From Bugula neritina (taxonomy: Eukaryota; Animalia; Bryozoa): a stretch of DNA of 64,000 bases. The stretch is taken from the NCBI GenBank assembly GCA_964035545.1, contig OZ037767.1, forward strand, positions 6,154,707-6,218,706, in the 5' to 3' direction. This document shows positions 51,001 through 64,000 of the stretch, piece by piece; position 1 is the first letter of the stretch, and each line of letters starts with the position of its first letter. The notes below the pieces were generated by a model that worked only from the letters and a program-made list of their open reading frames with translations, searched no databases and was not told the origin of the DNA. Both the position numbers and the translations under genes were made by a program.

Positions 51001-54000
51001 ATTATATAATATATGCGTTGTGAATGTACTAACTGTAGTGGTGCTGTACTTTATACAATCTGTTGCCAATTTTATAAATATGATTTTATGGATTGACTCA
51101 TCATCTACATAAATTTGGTAAAATAAAACAAATAAGATATAAATTATATAAACATTTCAACCTTTTGCTGTTCAGATTACTTAGATCAAATGTTAGCCAG
51201 CTAAAATATGCACCAATCTTCAGTTATAAAATTCAATACTAAAAGTACTTTTATAAAGGGGCATTCACTAAAGTAATTTTTTGAGGTTTAACTTAATCAT
51301 TCAATAAACTGGAAAGGTTTACAGTTTTAGCTCCAAAAAATATTTTTATCAATATTTTTATTATTAGATTTCAAGAGAAAAAGTGACAGAGTTTTGATCT
51401 TAGTAATGAAACTATGAGTTTCTATTCCGGTGTATTTCCTTCTCAATATCCATAAGGCTGGTTTATCATATGTTAGTATTTTGGTACAGCAGAAGCCGAG
51501 ATATGTTCTGGAAGTAGGTGAGACTCACACCGGAGATCCTCTACGTCTGTCTACACAGTATATAGATCCTGATAGATGGTACTTGGTACACGCCTTCTCT
51601 AACTCCTCCCTCACCACGCTGACGTAAGTATGCTGACTCAGCTGCCTCTGTTCTAGCTTTGCGGTTCTTGACTTATTAAGAATTCAATAGGTAACTGGTA
51701 GTACAAAGGAGCAGCCGCAGTCTAGAAGTTAGAGCGCTGGCCTAGAAAACATGAGGTCAGTTGTTCAATCTTTAGTAAAAACCATTGTCTATGTTAGCAA
51801 GAGCATTCAGTCATAATTGCTTCTTTGTAATAATATTGAAAAGGTCTTTAGCCAGCTTTAAAAACCCCTTTCCACCAGGGGTTTCTCTAAGGAGTGGCGA
51901 CTATAAACTCACATAAGTTTTTTCCTGCTATATTATGTTCTACTTTAGTATATAGTATAACTTTAGTTGAAAGTAATCAATTGAGCTGAAGACTTTATTG
52001 CTTGAGACATATTGAAAACTTTCTTAAAAACAAACACTAAGTATTCAACTCTGTCAATCTGAAGTTAACTCATGAAATTGATTTAAAATTACCAGCTTTT
52101 ATTTTATTCAACACTTTAAATTTTCGCTTTTTTGTACTCATGTTCATAATAAATTGCATTTTATAATATTGTTTTATTCTATGTCATCATCTATTAGAAT
52201 GTATTGTACAGCAATATTATCTCTCTCTCTACAGCGTCCGTAGCCAAGATGGAGTAGATTACCAGAAACTGGAGGATCCACGAGGGATCAATGAGAATAG
52301 ATATGCACCAGACTTCTTTGAGCTCAAATTTAGAGGGCAGATGAGTTGTCTTATCCTGTACTACAACAGTAACCCACAACCTATACCTCTACATCAAATG
52401 GCAAACAGGTGTACTGGTGGCTACAAATGTATGCAATAGAAAGTTTTCTATGACCATAATTGTCTTTTAATGCATACCGTGTTTTGAACTTATGTGTCTG
52501 TGAACATTATTATTTGTCTTGACAGCTATCAGCTATTGGGTTTCAGTTTTACCATTTTCTTATTTCAGAATATGACTGCTCACTATTAACAGTTTGTTCT
52601 AAAGTTTTACTGCAGTTTTCAACATTTATGTTGAGCTTTGTCATGAATATTTATGTTGCAAATTAATGAATCTATGTTTTGACATTTTTAGTTAGGGAAG
52701 ACTACAAGAATGTTGGTGATGAATCCAGCTTTATTTTGAAGAATTTATCTGCTTTTATTCACAACAGTATTGCCATTAGCTTTCCCCCAGCTACATGGAG
52801 TAGCTTATATGGTACATCTAGTTTTAAGACAACACATTTGAAGTTATAGAAATCTTTAAACTGTAATCTTTACTGGTCAAAAAGATACATGTCATTTGTT
52901 ATATCGTTACTTTGCTTTTTATTTTTACCTGCTGGCTCAGCTGAACAGTTGACTTAGGAGTTGTGTTACCATTCAGTTTTATTTCTATTTTGGTGTGTGT
53001 TCACATTAACATTAACTAGACTGAAACTGATACTTCAAAGTAAAATTATTTCTCACATTTTTGTCATCCAACTGACTATTGCAATGAGATGAGAATGTTT
53101 TTGCATCTTATTAACCAAAATAAAATATTTGACATGAATTTTTACAAGTTTGAAATATTTTAAGTTTCATATTTTATCATTCTTGTAAACATGTCTTTTT
53201 TATAAATTTACTTTGATGAATGTCATTTTCTGTAAATATGTCATTATAAAGTTTCTAAGCTGTTTTCATTACAATTACAATGTCTATTATAATGTAGCTG
53301 ATGATAAACACTACATGGTAACAACTATGCCCGAGCTCGTCCCCACAGTCTGTACTGGGGAGAAGCACACCACTGCTTTGCTCATTGACGACTGGAAAGA
53401 CTTTTCCAAACTAAAGTATAGCTCATTAAACATAGTTGAGCAGAACCTGTTTGAATTAACCAATCAGAGCTCAAGCTATGACCAGCTGGTGTGTGAGGTG
53501 TCGTACTCGCTAGGCTCTGGTAATGTACATTGTTGGGAGCTACTCGGCCTTGAACCCTATGATTCTAATGTAGATTCTGACGGTGAGTGTAACGAATGCA
53601 GCTAGAAATATTACAGGACTCTTGTAAACTATTTAGTGATCATTTTAATATTTTGTATGAAACTTCACAATTTTGTTTTCATGAATTTTATGATTTAAGA
53701 TTATATTCTGTTACACAGAAAATTACCGCTTTTTAAATCTCAAATCATCTATAAGCTCGTGAATTTTTAAACATTAAGCCTAGGGCCACACTGTGCGTAT
53801 TTTCGCATGCGAAGATTGAAACCACAAGTAGCAAAGGTGTCCACTGTAGCGTCAGTGATGCGGGATAAATGAAGTTTTCATTTTTAAATCGCACTCGCTT
53901 TCAATAAAATGCAATTTACTGAAATGTAGCACTAAAATAAAATAATTGGGCTCGCTAAATAACTACCAACCAATTAGGTGACGACGACAGAGACGATTCG

Positions 54001-57000
54001 CACTTGCGTTGAGAATGCTGAGCGACAAGTGCGAATGTTTTCTCAACGCATACAGTGGACACCTTTGCTACTCGTGATTTGAATTTTCGCATGCAAAAAT
54101 ACGCACAGTGTAGCCCTAGGCTATGTAGGGTCCTTCTATTTTCCCATTTCATTAGGCTTTTTCTGAGCTTCTACTGCAGCTGTGTGTATAAAGTTTTCTA
54201 GGCAAATGATTAAGACTAGGTTTAGGTTTGTATATGATGCAACAGCTGGTTTTAAGAGTTATTCAATATTCTCCAATTCAAAAATATATCAAAATATTAG
54301 TTAAGCTAGCAACTTTTCACGTGAAATTGATACTGTTCTAAATACTATATTTCATTAACTACAGAGCCATGCCATACCTGGCCCAGAACATGCAGTTATG
54401 TGTTGATAACTGTACGGAATGAGGAGAATGCTACTGCCTGGACTGACAAGATCCTTCTCACCGGCACTACATATCTTCAAGAAAGCTACTGCTCTGATCA
54501 CTGTCTCACTCAATGTAACGACACATCTTATTGGGCAAAGATAACAGACATCCATCATTTAGAAGCAACAAGAGTATGTGTGAAAAGTGCAGTTTTATTA
54601 ACCATAATGTTTGGCATATGTAGCCATTTGTGACATTTATACAATAGATCAAACTTGTATTAATCTAAATTTTTGTCTGATAATTGTTACTTTTTACATC
54701 AATTTATTGACTATTTTTGAAATATCACAAATTTTTGTTGAAAGTGAGTTTCTATCAAACACTAGGGCACTGTTCACACACTTGCTAGCTGTACTAAAAG
54801 TTCAGACTATTTTGACACATAACTAACAACTCCGTGTTTCTAATTCTTACTTCAGGGCTTTGAGGCAGAAGAATGTGCTTGTACATTGGCGTTCAACACT
54901 TTCACAACCAATGTTACACAAGGTTTATACGGACTCACCTGTCAGGAGTTGTGTCCACATTGGGTTGTGGATGGAAATCGAACCTGTAGCTGTCAGAGTT
55001 TAGATTTCACTGAGTCTAGGATCTGCACCAACCGATCAATGGTTAGATGTGTTATTTTTTGCAGTTGGGTGTTTTTATTTTCATTACTGCAGGTATTGTT
55101 TAAAGTTTAGAATTTTTATGCTTAATTTGATAAGAAAGTTACTACCAGCAACATTAAAGTGATAGTCACTGATTGCAGTAGTTCAGGGTCTCGAGTTTGA
55201 AGTCGTAATTCCAAACTTGAAACCTTAAACTACTGCACTCAGTGACTAACAACTTAGCGCTGCTTCTAGCAGTTGTTGCTTAGTAAACTGAAACAGGCTA
55301 TTTTAAGCTATTTTAAAACCTATTTCACTATATAATAAAAACTTGAAGTCATGCTTTACAACAATTAGAAGCATATAACATTTATTTCAGCTCTTTGGTG
55401 ACATCTACAGTAGCTCGTGTGATCCCAGAAAAAGTTCAACTACCGCCCTGTCCACTGTTCTCTGTGATGCCGAAGTCTGCCCCACTTCCAACCACAATTC
55501 TACAAACTGTGACTGTCAGACTTTTAAAGGGGTAAACAGGTTATCTTAACTTGGCAAATCGGAGCTGTCTACTCCTAAACAAATTTGGTTAACTTATTAT
55601 TTCTACTGCCAGCAGTGTACATTGTTTACATCATTTTCCTTTAGCACAAATATTTGCTAAGTCCTATATATTGCATTCAGTTGTATGCTGTGACACTCAT
55701 GTGACAGTGCTGTGACACTGTTCTGACACTCATGTGACAGTGCTGTGACACTGTTCTGACACTCATGTGACAGTGCTGTGACACTGTTCTGACACTCATG
55801 TGACGGTGATGTGGCACTAACATGACACTCATGTGACAGTGATGTGACACTTAGATTATATGTCACTAGTGTGGCACTGGTATGACACTCGTGTGACAGT
55901 CTGACATTCATGAGATACTGTCCTGACACTCATGTGACAATCTGACATTCATGAGATACTGTCCTGACACACATGTGACAGTTGTATGACACTCATGGGA
56001 CACTGTCCTGACACACATGTGACAGTTGTATGACACTCATGGGACGCTGTCCTGACACTCATGTGACAGTGGTATGACACTCATGGGACACTGTTCTGAC
56101 ACTGATGTGACAGTGCTGTGACACTCGTGTAACACTGGTATGACACTGCTGATCATAATGTAGATGGAGAAGTGGGTTTGCAATGCACCTGAGTTTCCTG
56201 TCTCTGATTTTGATTTACTGGACCCACCCTGTCAGCCCCTAACAACGCAAATCAGAGAAGTAACAAATAGTCAGTGTGACCAACTATGTCCAGCAGAAGA
56301 ACCTCGGCCATGCTGTGTACGTGGACAAGAGGAAACGGTGCAGTATGTCTTCTCTTATATCTGTATAAACAGAGTGTGAGTTTAGATTCTCACTAAAGAG
56401 ATATCAGTATGTTGTTTTGACTGTCAATAGTAGAAGCTGGACTCTTCAAATTTAGGCTAGAGCAAACTTATACTTATAGTGATATGGTAATATGTAGTAT
56501 TATATGTATGTGTGTGGTGCGTATGTGTGTGTACGTGTGCGTGTGTCTGCGTGCATGTGTATATAACTATTGTTTATGTATATACTGTATATATGGTATT
56601 CTAATGTATACTCTTACAGTATATATCCACATCTATAAATAACACATTAACTCATTTATCTGTTTGTGTAGAGTCTGCTCACACTCCTGGACAGCCGTAC
56701 ATTCGACTCAGTTAGACAACATCCGTTGTATCCCTGAAGTGGACTGTGACACTACATGTCTAAATATAGTCCATAAGATAAACTGCACTTCTGGTGAGCT
56801 GTTCCACAACACCACCGGCATCTTTGAGCTCGTCCGTGTGAGTGCATTTGTGATATATTTATGAGTTGAAGACATCATTGTCGCTGCTTGAATACTAGGT
56901 AGATAGCACTAGACTTATTACTGGTGACATTGTACAGCTTTGAGACTAGAGATTTTCCTTCAATGTTTTATATTACTAATTTATGCTTGATAAGCTGTAA

Positions 57001-60000
57001 CTCATTGTTTTACAATGTATTTTATATTATATTATGTAATATATTAAAGTTATGTTTTATAAACTGTATAGTTTGAAAATATTATAGTCAAAATGTGATG
57101 GTAGAGCAACACTGAATAGAAATAGGATCCACAGTTTACTAAAAAATGCTGTGTCTAATTAATTTAATGGAGACATGCATTGTTTCCTTCAATGCAATGC
57201 ATTTCAGTACTCTGGATGAAGCTAATATCTAGATCTGGAAATTTCTGTTTAGTGTGCAATGTGTAGCATTTTGTTAATTAAATTTCTTATCCATGAAACA
57301 TGGTGCAATCATTATTTTGATGCTATACATTGTACAAATTTAGAAAACAACTAGTTTTAGAAATAAAAATTATTCAAGTTAAAAAATTTAAAAATTAATT
57401 TCCCAATGTTATCGTTTATCGAAAGATTCTGAGAAGTTTTTATGGGAAGATCCTTCCTAAACACTCTGTGGTGGGTTTTTTTAGCCCTATGATTTATTGA
57501 GCTCTGCAGGGTTTTATCGTATCCAATGCAGTGGCAATGATAGGATAGGCATATTTATTCAGTAAAATAACTTTATTTTCTAAGCTTCCCTTTACCTTCT
57601 GTTTCAGGAAGATTCGTACACCACATCTCCGAGCTGGCGAGAAGTTTGTAACAGGTTTGTTGATTGGCTTTCACTCTCTTCCCTTCAACTTCCAGTCAGT
57701 ATTATTACATCAGGCAGCTCGCAAATATGTAAATCAATAATAAATTGATTCTGAAGGCGTGTTGCATTGCGGGGGTGAGCATTAACAAGATGAGTTTGTG
57801 AGAAGCCATATTGATGTGTTCATAAACTCTCGCTACTCTATTGCTACCCTAAATATTCATGTAGATGGTTCATGATGCACTTCCCAATACAGTGACTATT
57901 CAGCTAAATTGCTATTTCAACGGCTTATATTCTGATTCAGTTCACAATTATGGGATGCCATAGACACACAATGATATTATATATATTCAATCTTTTCATG
58001 ATTTGTATGTTAGGGATAATAATGTATAGTTGAGAATAAAAAAATACTTTTTAAAATTGCAATATTTTAAAAATGCTCAAGTGAAGAATTTGATGGGTTT
58101 AAATGTTTTTTTATATAATTTCATTATAAAATAAGTGACCAACTTGTAGGAAATATTATCTATGAAATGTTTTGTATTACTCTTTTAGCTCCTGTAATGA
58201 AAATCCGGAATGGCTGAGAGTGGATAAATGTCATGAAACATCTACCACTACTTCAAGTTTTTCTAGTACCACTGGTACTAGTAGTACTACTATCACAACT
58301 CCCACTACCACTCCTACTACTACTACTATTACTACCACTACTACTATTCCCACTGCCTCTACTCCTACTCCCACTACCACCACTACTACCCCTACTACTA
58401 CTAACACTACTACTACTACTGTAGCTACTACTGCTGCTACTACTACTACCACCACCACTACTACTAATCCTACTACTACTGCTACTAATTTTGAGTTTTC
58501 AACTAGCGTTACTAACACCACCTCTGCTGCTAATTCTACCTCCTCTATTCATGCTGATACTGTTAAAACTACCATATTAAGTGCTAATACTACTACTTCT
58601 TCTCCTGCAACAAACACTACAGCTACTTCTACTCCTGCACCAAACACTACAACAACTACTATAAAAACTACGACTATAACTGAGAGACCTGATGCATACT
58701 TGGCTTGCAACTGTGTTGATGGAACGATACATGAAGTCAAGAGAGATGAAATCAATAAAGTTGTAAGTCTTGGAAAACTATGTTTTAATGTTTATATCGT
58801 AATATTATCATTGTGCGTGTGTGTGTGTGTCCATGTGTGTGCACGTGTGGGTGTGTGTATGAAATATTATTGACCTTGATACGGAGCATGTTGTAAAGAA
58901 TTAGCTTGCAGTGTGGCGTTGACTAAGTACTACCAGACAATCCTAAACTAGAGTTGAGGACCTCTCCAGACTAAAGGAGCTTGATTCAGTATTGGTTTGG
59001 TGATAGAGAAAGCTTAGTTCTGTGAAGATAGATTTTCATATAGGCAGTTTTTTATATTAGCCTATTGTTATTTTATATTCTACATTTTATTCTGTAAATA
59101 AATGTATTTCTATATTGTTATATACAGAATGGTTTGTATGATTTTAGCCAGGAAACTGTTTTACTGCATGTCCTAGCTGGTCCAGTTCCACCGATTATTG
59201 CTTCTGTGCTGTAAATCCCACACTTCAGTACGCAAGAACTTGCCTTGAGGGAAGTAATACTGAGGGGTACTACTTAGATGGACCATTTACTTGTGAGCTT
59301 TTATTTAGTTTACCATCAACTGGGCTCATGAACACAAAACGATTGATTATGCATATTACCTCAATTGTATACATGTAATTTAATATTTGGTTTTGTTTTC
59401 TTAACTTTTATTCATTTTACTCAAATGTTCTATGAGTTTTGTTTTAATTGTTTGAGTGACTGGCTCTCTTGACATGAAGAATCACGGCAAAGGCTTTATA
59501 CTCTAGACTTAGAATAGAAAAAATATCATTTAAGCATTGTGTAATTAAATGAGACAAGCTGTAGCTCTATGAGAGAGCATATACTTAATTTGACATATTA
59601 TTTCTATTCTGGAAGATGTTTCGAAACAGCTAATATTGGCATTGTTGTAATATGACAGAGATCTACCACAGCTAACTAGTATATATGTACTATAAAGTAA
59701 GCTCTTTGATGTAGAAGGGCACATGTATTATTTAAGTATAAATAATTCATTAGTTGTATCTTTTAATGAAAGCCTTTGCTTTTCTGCATTGTATAGAATT
59801 CATTTTTCCGGTTTAGATAAAATGTAAATGTGTCAAAAATTGAAGAAAACTGCTATATTGACTGGGTGTGTGTATGCAATGCTTGTAGTTATATTATAAA
59901 ATATCTTGTTATTTAGTTTTTTGATTTACTAACTGATTAATGTTGAACTTTAACATTTACTTAATTTATTAACTTGAACAATGTTAGTTTTAGTGAGACA

Positions 60001-63000
60001 AAAATGAGCCCAGAAAAACTTGTGTGCTTAATTCTGGGGTTTTTTTCACTGCTTTTTTCTAATTTACTGTTGACTTTCTACTTGAACAAAGCATAGCTGA
60101 TTACAATCTATTCTTATAGGTTCGCCAGGTAGCATTGAGTCCTCCATCTCAAACAAAACATGTGAATGTCCAGAGATAGTGAAAGTAGATCAGTGTGATT
60201 GTCACTCAGGGTATGGGAGAATTGGTGAGGAATGTCATTACCACCATCCCAGACCTATTAATGGAGTCTGTTCAAAGAATAATGTGAACCCATATGTGTG
60301 TCGTGAAAAGTGTAGTAGGTAAGAAGTTTGAAGCATGCCTGCAACTGTGCAAGTTTATAGCAAGTGCAGTAGGTGAAGCAATGGGTACATCATTAGACAA
60401 CTTGACCTTTTTTGAATACAGTTGGCATGAAATATAGGCATCAGAAAAATCAGTTTTACAGGATATACAAATTAAAATAAAAACTTGTAAATAACCAAAG
60501 TCAAATAAAAATTGTAAATTCCACTTTATATGCTTAGGTAGAACTTAAGATTGCATAATTATAGATCTATTCATAGCAAAAAGTTCAAAGAAGATATTAG
60601 TTTAGTAGAATGGCAGCACTTGTTTGTATGATTTGAAGTTATATGAAACTAATACACTAGGCAATATTGAGAAGACAACACTTTCAAGGAATTACAACTT
60701 CAACATTAGAACATGTTCTAGTTATTCAGAATGGGAAAGCTGGAGTACATGTGCACCTTGTGGTATAGGTAATGAGAATGGTACATACACTAGAACTAGG
60801 AGTTGTGTACTCCCTGATGTGTTTGACTCTACAACTGACTACATGGAAAGTGAAGTCTGTACTACAAACCAGACTGTGACTAATGAATGCTCATGTGGTT
60901 ACATCTGGTCTGAATGGGGGTCATGTGACTGTAGCAGCAGCAAACAGCAGCGAAACAGGTGGGTTCAAGTTCCAAACAATCACTTGTTTGGTATTTTGAG
61001 AGTATTTATGTCCATAAATTTGTAAAGTATTCATGCCATTTTTATTTCGCGCAAAACTACTTTAATGTAAATTATCATCAGCTGGTACTATATCTGATTT
61101 GCAGTGAATTTTATGGGCTCTACACATTGCAACATTTTGTGCAGTTTTGACATTAAATTACAAAAATGATTTTATGAAACATTTTTAATGACTTGGTATA
61201 GTCTTTGGTCCTTAGCTTTACTGTGTTTACAAGTGCTGACCACTTCCACCCATTTGTAGATGCACAGCTAAGATTTCAGAAGTCAAACCAACTGCTGTGG
61301 TAACTTCAGCACGTACAGACAAAAATATGAATGAGAGTCTTGTAACCACCACTTCAGGTGTCTTTAACTTATCCTTTCTAACTGTGAACAGTTTTTTGAT
61401 CATAGCTAAGGTATTGGAGTGTATCAAATTGCTATTTCACTCTTTTAAGATAATTTCTTCACTTAATTTGTTAGCAATAGATGGATGGTGCTCAAAAATA
61501 TTTTTATTTTGAATTGATTCTAAAGTTTACTGTGGCTAATTCTTGGAGTTTTCATACAAGTAAGCGATGAAATATTTTTAAATAACTTACATAGAGTTAT
61601 CTCTCTTTATTACTGTGACTGGCTAAGCAGTTCTAACTATTTGTACTAAAAATAATTTACACGCACACACGCACGCACGCACGCACACACACAAGCGCAC
61701 ACGGACACCCACACGCATGCACGCACACACATGCATGCACGCACACACGCACTGATTAAGTTGCTTTTTTTTCAAGATACTGGTATAAAAGAAATAGTAA
61801 GAACTGATAAAAAAGATCTGATTGGTTCAACCACTGAGAGTGTCCACGCAGTGAAGTCAGAGTCCTTAGTAACAGAAGACCGTATGTTGTACAGTTACTT
61901 ATACTAATATTTTATTCTTTACTAAATTATACACTTAATATCATTTTATGCATGTTGAAAAATATAGTACTTAGTTAGTTGTATTTACTTTAATTGTTAT
62001 TTTCTTAGTGTCAAATTTTTGTTGTTGCTGCAAAGATTCAGATTTATCTTTCTAGTTGTTGACACGTTACAATACGTTGTCATGTTATACATGTGTTTAT
62101 CAAGTCAGTGCATATTATATTACAATACATATAATTATCTTATAGCCTCATGTTCATATATATTAAGATAATACATAGTAATGTAGTGTATTCACTTAGC
62201 CTTGTGTATATTATAATGTGTTACATGTTCTTTACTTAGCCTGGTGTATATCAGAGAAGGGGTGTGGAGAATACTGCCCTTATTATTCACTAAAATGGGA
62301 TGATTGGGAGAAATGTAACTGTCAACAGAATAGGAGGTTTCTAGACTGCCTATTTCCCTCCAATCCATCTGGAATAAGTTTAATTAACCCAACCTGTAAG
62401 GAGCCATTAGCAGAGTATAAGGATTGTAATGATCCAGGGTGTTACTCTGATTGGTCAGATTGGACCCAGTGTCCATGTGGAGTGTCACACAGTAGCAGGT
62501 GAGTGACATGGGATAACGGCTATATTTTAGTGCCATGCCTGAGGAAAGCTAGAGTAATATCACAGGAAACAGGTGACAGAAATGTTTATATTAAGCAAGC
62601 TTCAAACTTGTGGGGAAATTTTTGGTGCACATTGTAGGAGAAGATACTTATGTCTATATAATAGAATATTGCCCTATATGATGCATGTAGAATGGCTTCA
62701 TAGAGTATAGTCCTACAGTAGTAAGATGCAGGTTTGAAATAAAAGCACACTAAGACATCAGATTTTACATAATTTGCATTCTTAACTAGAAGTACTATTC
62801 ACATGTATTTCCTGAACTGATTACAGGACAAGAGAGTGTCTAGATGAGAAGTGTTCTCAACTAGTTGAAGAGAGTCAGGAGTGTCAGCTGAATGAGTTGA
62901 CATGCTGGTACCCTTGGAGCACCTGGTCTACCTGTCTAAGAGATGATAATAACTGTGGTAGAGGTGGTGTCAAAAACAGAACTAGAGTAGCTGATTGTTC

Positions 63001-63974
63001 CAGTACTCCTAACCTCTCTGATATTTGTAGTACTAAGTAAGTATGATGAATGAGTTATTCTATATGAGGGATACACACAATATAAGACAATCAAAGTATT
63101 AATGTCTCACTGAATTTTATCCAGAAATCAGACAGAGTTTAATGAGTCCTGCATAGCGTATACCTGTACTAAGTATGGTCAATGGGGAGAGTGGGATGAG
63201 TGGAACAGTGTCAAGTTATGTGGAAGATCAAACCAGACCAGGAATAGATACTGTGAATACAGGTATGGTTAGTATATATTTTACTTAGAGTGAGGCCATT
63301 CAATAAGGATTAAATGGCTTTCAAATATTTTAAGTAGTTTTCGTCAATTATTTACATGGCAGCAACATATATAAAGAATGAATCTGTACACTATCAACTC
63401 ATAAACATGGTTAAACAGCTACAGGACAGCAGAATCATGGAGCAAGTCAACCTGTGATGATGATTGTTGGCAATGTATTGTTGACGAATCAGAAAACAGG
63501 TGTACAACAGATAAGTGTAGAGAGAAGAGTTGTTACAGAGATGTGTGCACTAAGAGTTGTCTTATTAATGGGACTGTCCCTACTGAGTTTGATCTGACAT
63601 TCATGTGTGAAGGTTTGATGAAAGATATGTACTCTTATGCTAATGAAGTTATTATATAATTAAGTATTACCTTGTTAATAGAAGAGGTAATTAAATTGTG
63701 CAAAACCTAATGCAAAATGCTGCTGATTATATATGTACCATTCTAGGGGAATATATATGTTAATGAAATAGAGGTTGAAGCCTATAATAAGGATTTCCAA
63801 ATTTAGTTTTACAAAGTTCAGCTCAATAAAAATAGTTTGTTGAATTTTTGTCTTCTTCTAGGATAATGTGAACCTTAATTAATTATCATATCATACTTTT
63901 TATTGCAGAAACAGTTGATGGAGAGACAGAGTATGTTAAACGTGTTGGTAAAGGTAAAAGAGAAGTATCTTGTG
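39020..63974 (+). CDS. Large multi-exon extracellular protein: PAN/apple-like, Cys-rich, Thr-rich mucin stalk and TSP1 repeats (start not found; continues past window)
   Basis: More than 30 GT-AG bounded open exons, e.g. 39020-39213, 47120-47383, 48265-48458 (LLECGMLCLVEARCIYF..CSLF, PAN-like), 58189-58762 (poly-Thr), 60661-60958 (SEWESWSTC..TRTRSC; WSEWGSC), 62240-62499 (SDWSDWTQC), 62827-63036 (WYPWSTWSTC..NRTR), 63125-63262 (GQWGEWDEW); many N-x-S/T sequons. A single-gene model is inferred. Confidence 0.7.
39327..41025. mobile_element. 1.7-kb non-autonomous hAT (Charlie-like) element
   Basis: TIR cagggctgtccaac / gttggacacccctg, cggccc/tggccc subterminal motifs, exact 8-bp TSD gtctagaa. 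Confidence 0.92.
41228..41302 (-). mobile_element. tRNA-derived SINE head
   Basis: Reverse strand ...ttgcaagctgaaggtttaaggttcgattccc (B box), similar to 1570-1645. Confidence 0.45.
43187..43330. repeat. 32-bp tandem repeat made of alternating 16-mers
   Basis: (gtcaacaactggactt gtcaacagttgaactt) x ~4.5. Confidence 0.9.
45706..45879 (+). mobile_element. tRNA-derived SINE family, copy 4
   Basis: ggagcagctgtagtgtagtgattag...gaagagcatccagtcataattgctc...tttctcacagggatagcagctataaact. Confidence 0.75.
46224..46438. repeat. Local direct duplication (~136-bp period)
   Basis: cagcttttgttg...gactcctaaaatgg.caatttattatttatatacaatatt occurs twice. Confidence 0.75.
51708..51910 (+). mobile_element. tRNA-derived SINE family, copy 5
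   Basis: ggagcagccgcagtctagaagttagagcgctggcctag...aagagcattcagtcataattgct...ggcgactataaact. Confidence 0.75.
53778..54121. mobile_element. MITE with long imperfect TIRs, PIF/Harbinger-like
   Basis: gcctagggccacactgtgcgtatttt...gtagcaaaggtgtccactgta mirrored by tacagtggacacctttgctac...aaaatacgcacagtgtagccctaggc; flanks taa / tat. Confidence 0.8.
55690..56150. repeat. Intronic minisatellite with 11-bp subperiod (tgacactcatg / tgacagtgctg / tgacactgttc)
   Basis: Directly visible 33- and 44-bp higher-order units just upstream of the 56165 exon. Confidence 0.9.
61658..61752. repeat. (CA)n/(GCAC)n microsatellite
   Basis: Directly visible. Confidence 0.85.
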
Positions 63975-64000
63975 GTAAGTTCATGGTACTTGGTTATTGA

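Noticed and set aside
55657-55929. 90-aa SHECQNSVTAL repeat protein
   Set aside because: Antisense translation of the intronic minisatellite.
58231-58521. Poly-Val (minus) and poly-Leu (plus) ORFs
   Set aside because: Shadow frames of the Thr-rich exon.

Overview
AT-rich, intron-rich animal (invertebrate) genomic DNA in two very different halves. Bases ~1-19,600 are a dense graveyard of decayed transposons: an R2-like non-LTR fragment, a tandemly duplicated 1.8-kb chimeric unit (EnSpm/CACTA + GC-rich structured segment + divergent hAT-like transposase), a spliced Sola-like transposase, a Mag-clade Gypsy LTR element, a near-full hAT-like transposase pseudogene and a Kolobok fragment. Almost every coding remnant from 0.9 to 15.2 kb lies on the minus strand. 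Bases ~20,400-64,000 are gene-dense: a 19-exon UTP25 (minus), a divergent DUF829/TMEM53-like hydrolase with a likely mitochondrial presequence (plus), and a very large multi-exon secreted-type protein with PAN-like, Cys-rich, Thr-rich mucin and TSP1 modules that runs off the window. Their introns hold SINEs, MITEs and tandem repeats. The most striking item is the Mag element: between integrase and a candidate PPT + 87-bp LTR it carries an SGNH/GDSL(OSK-like) ORF and a decayed two-TM ORF in the position where env would be. All calls are by eye from motifs; no searches were run and the species cannot be fixed.
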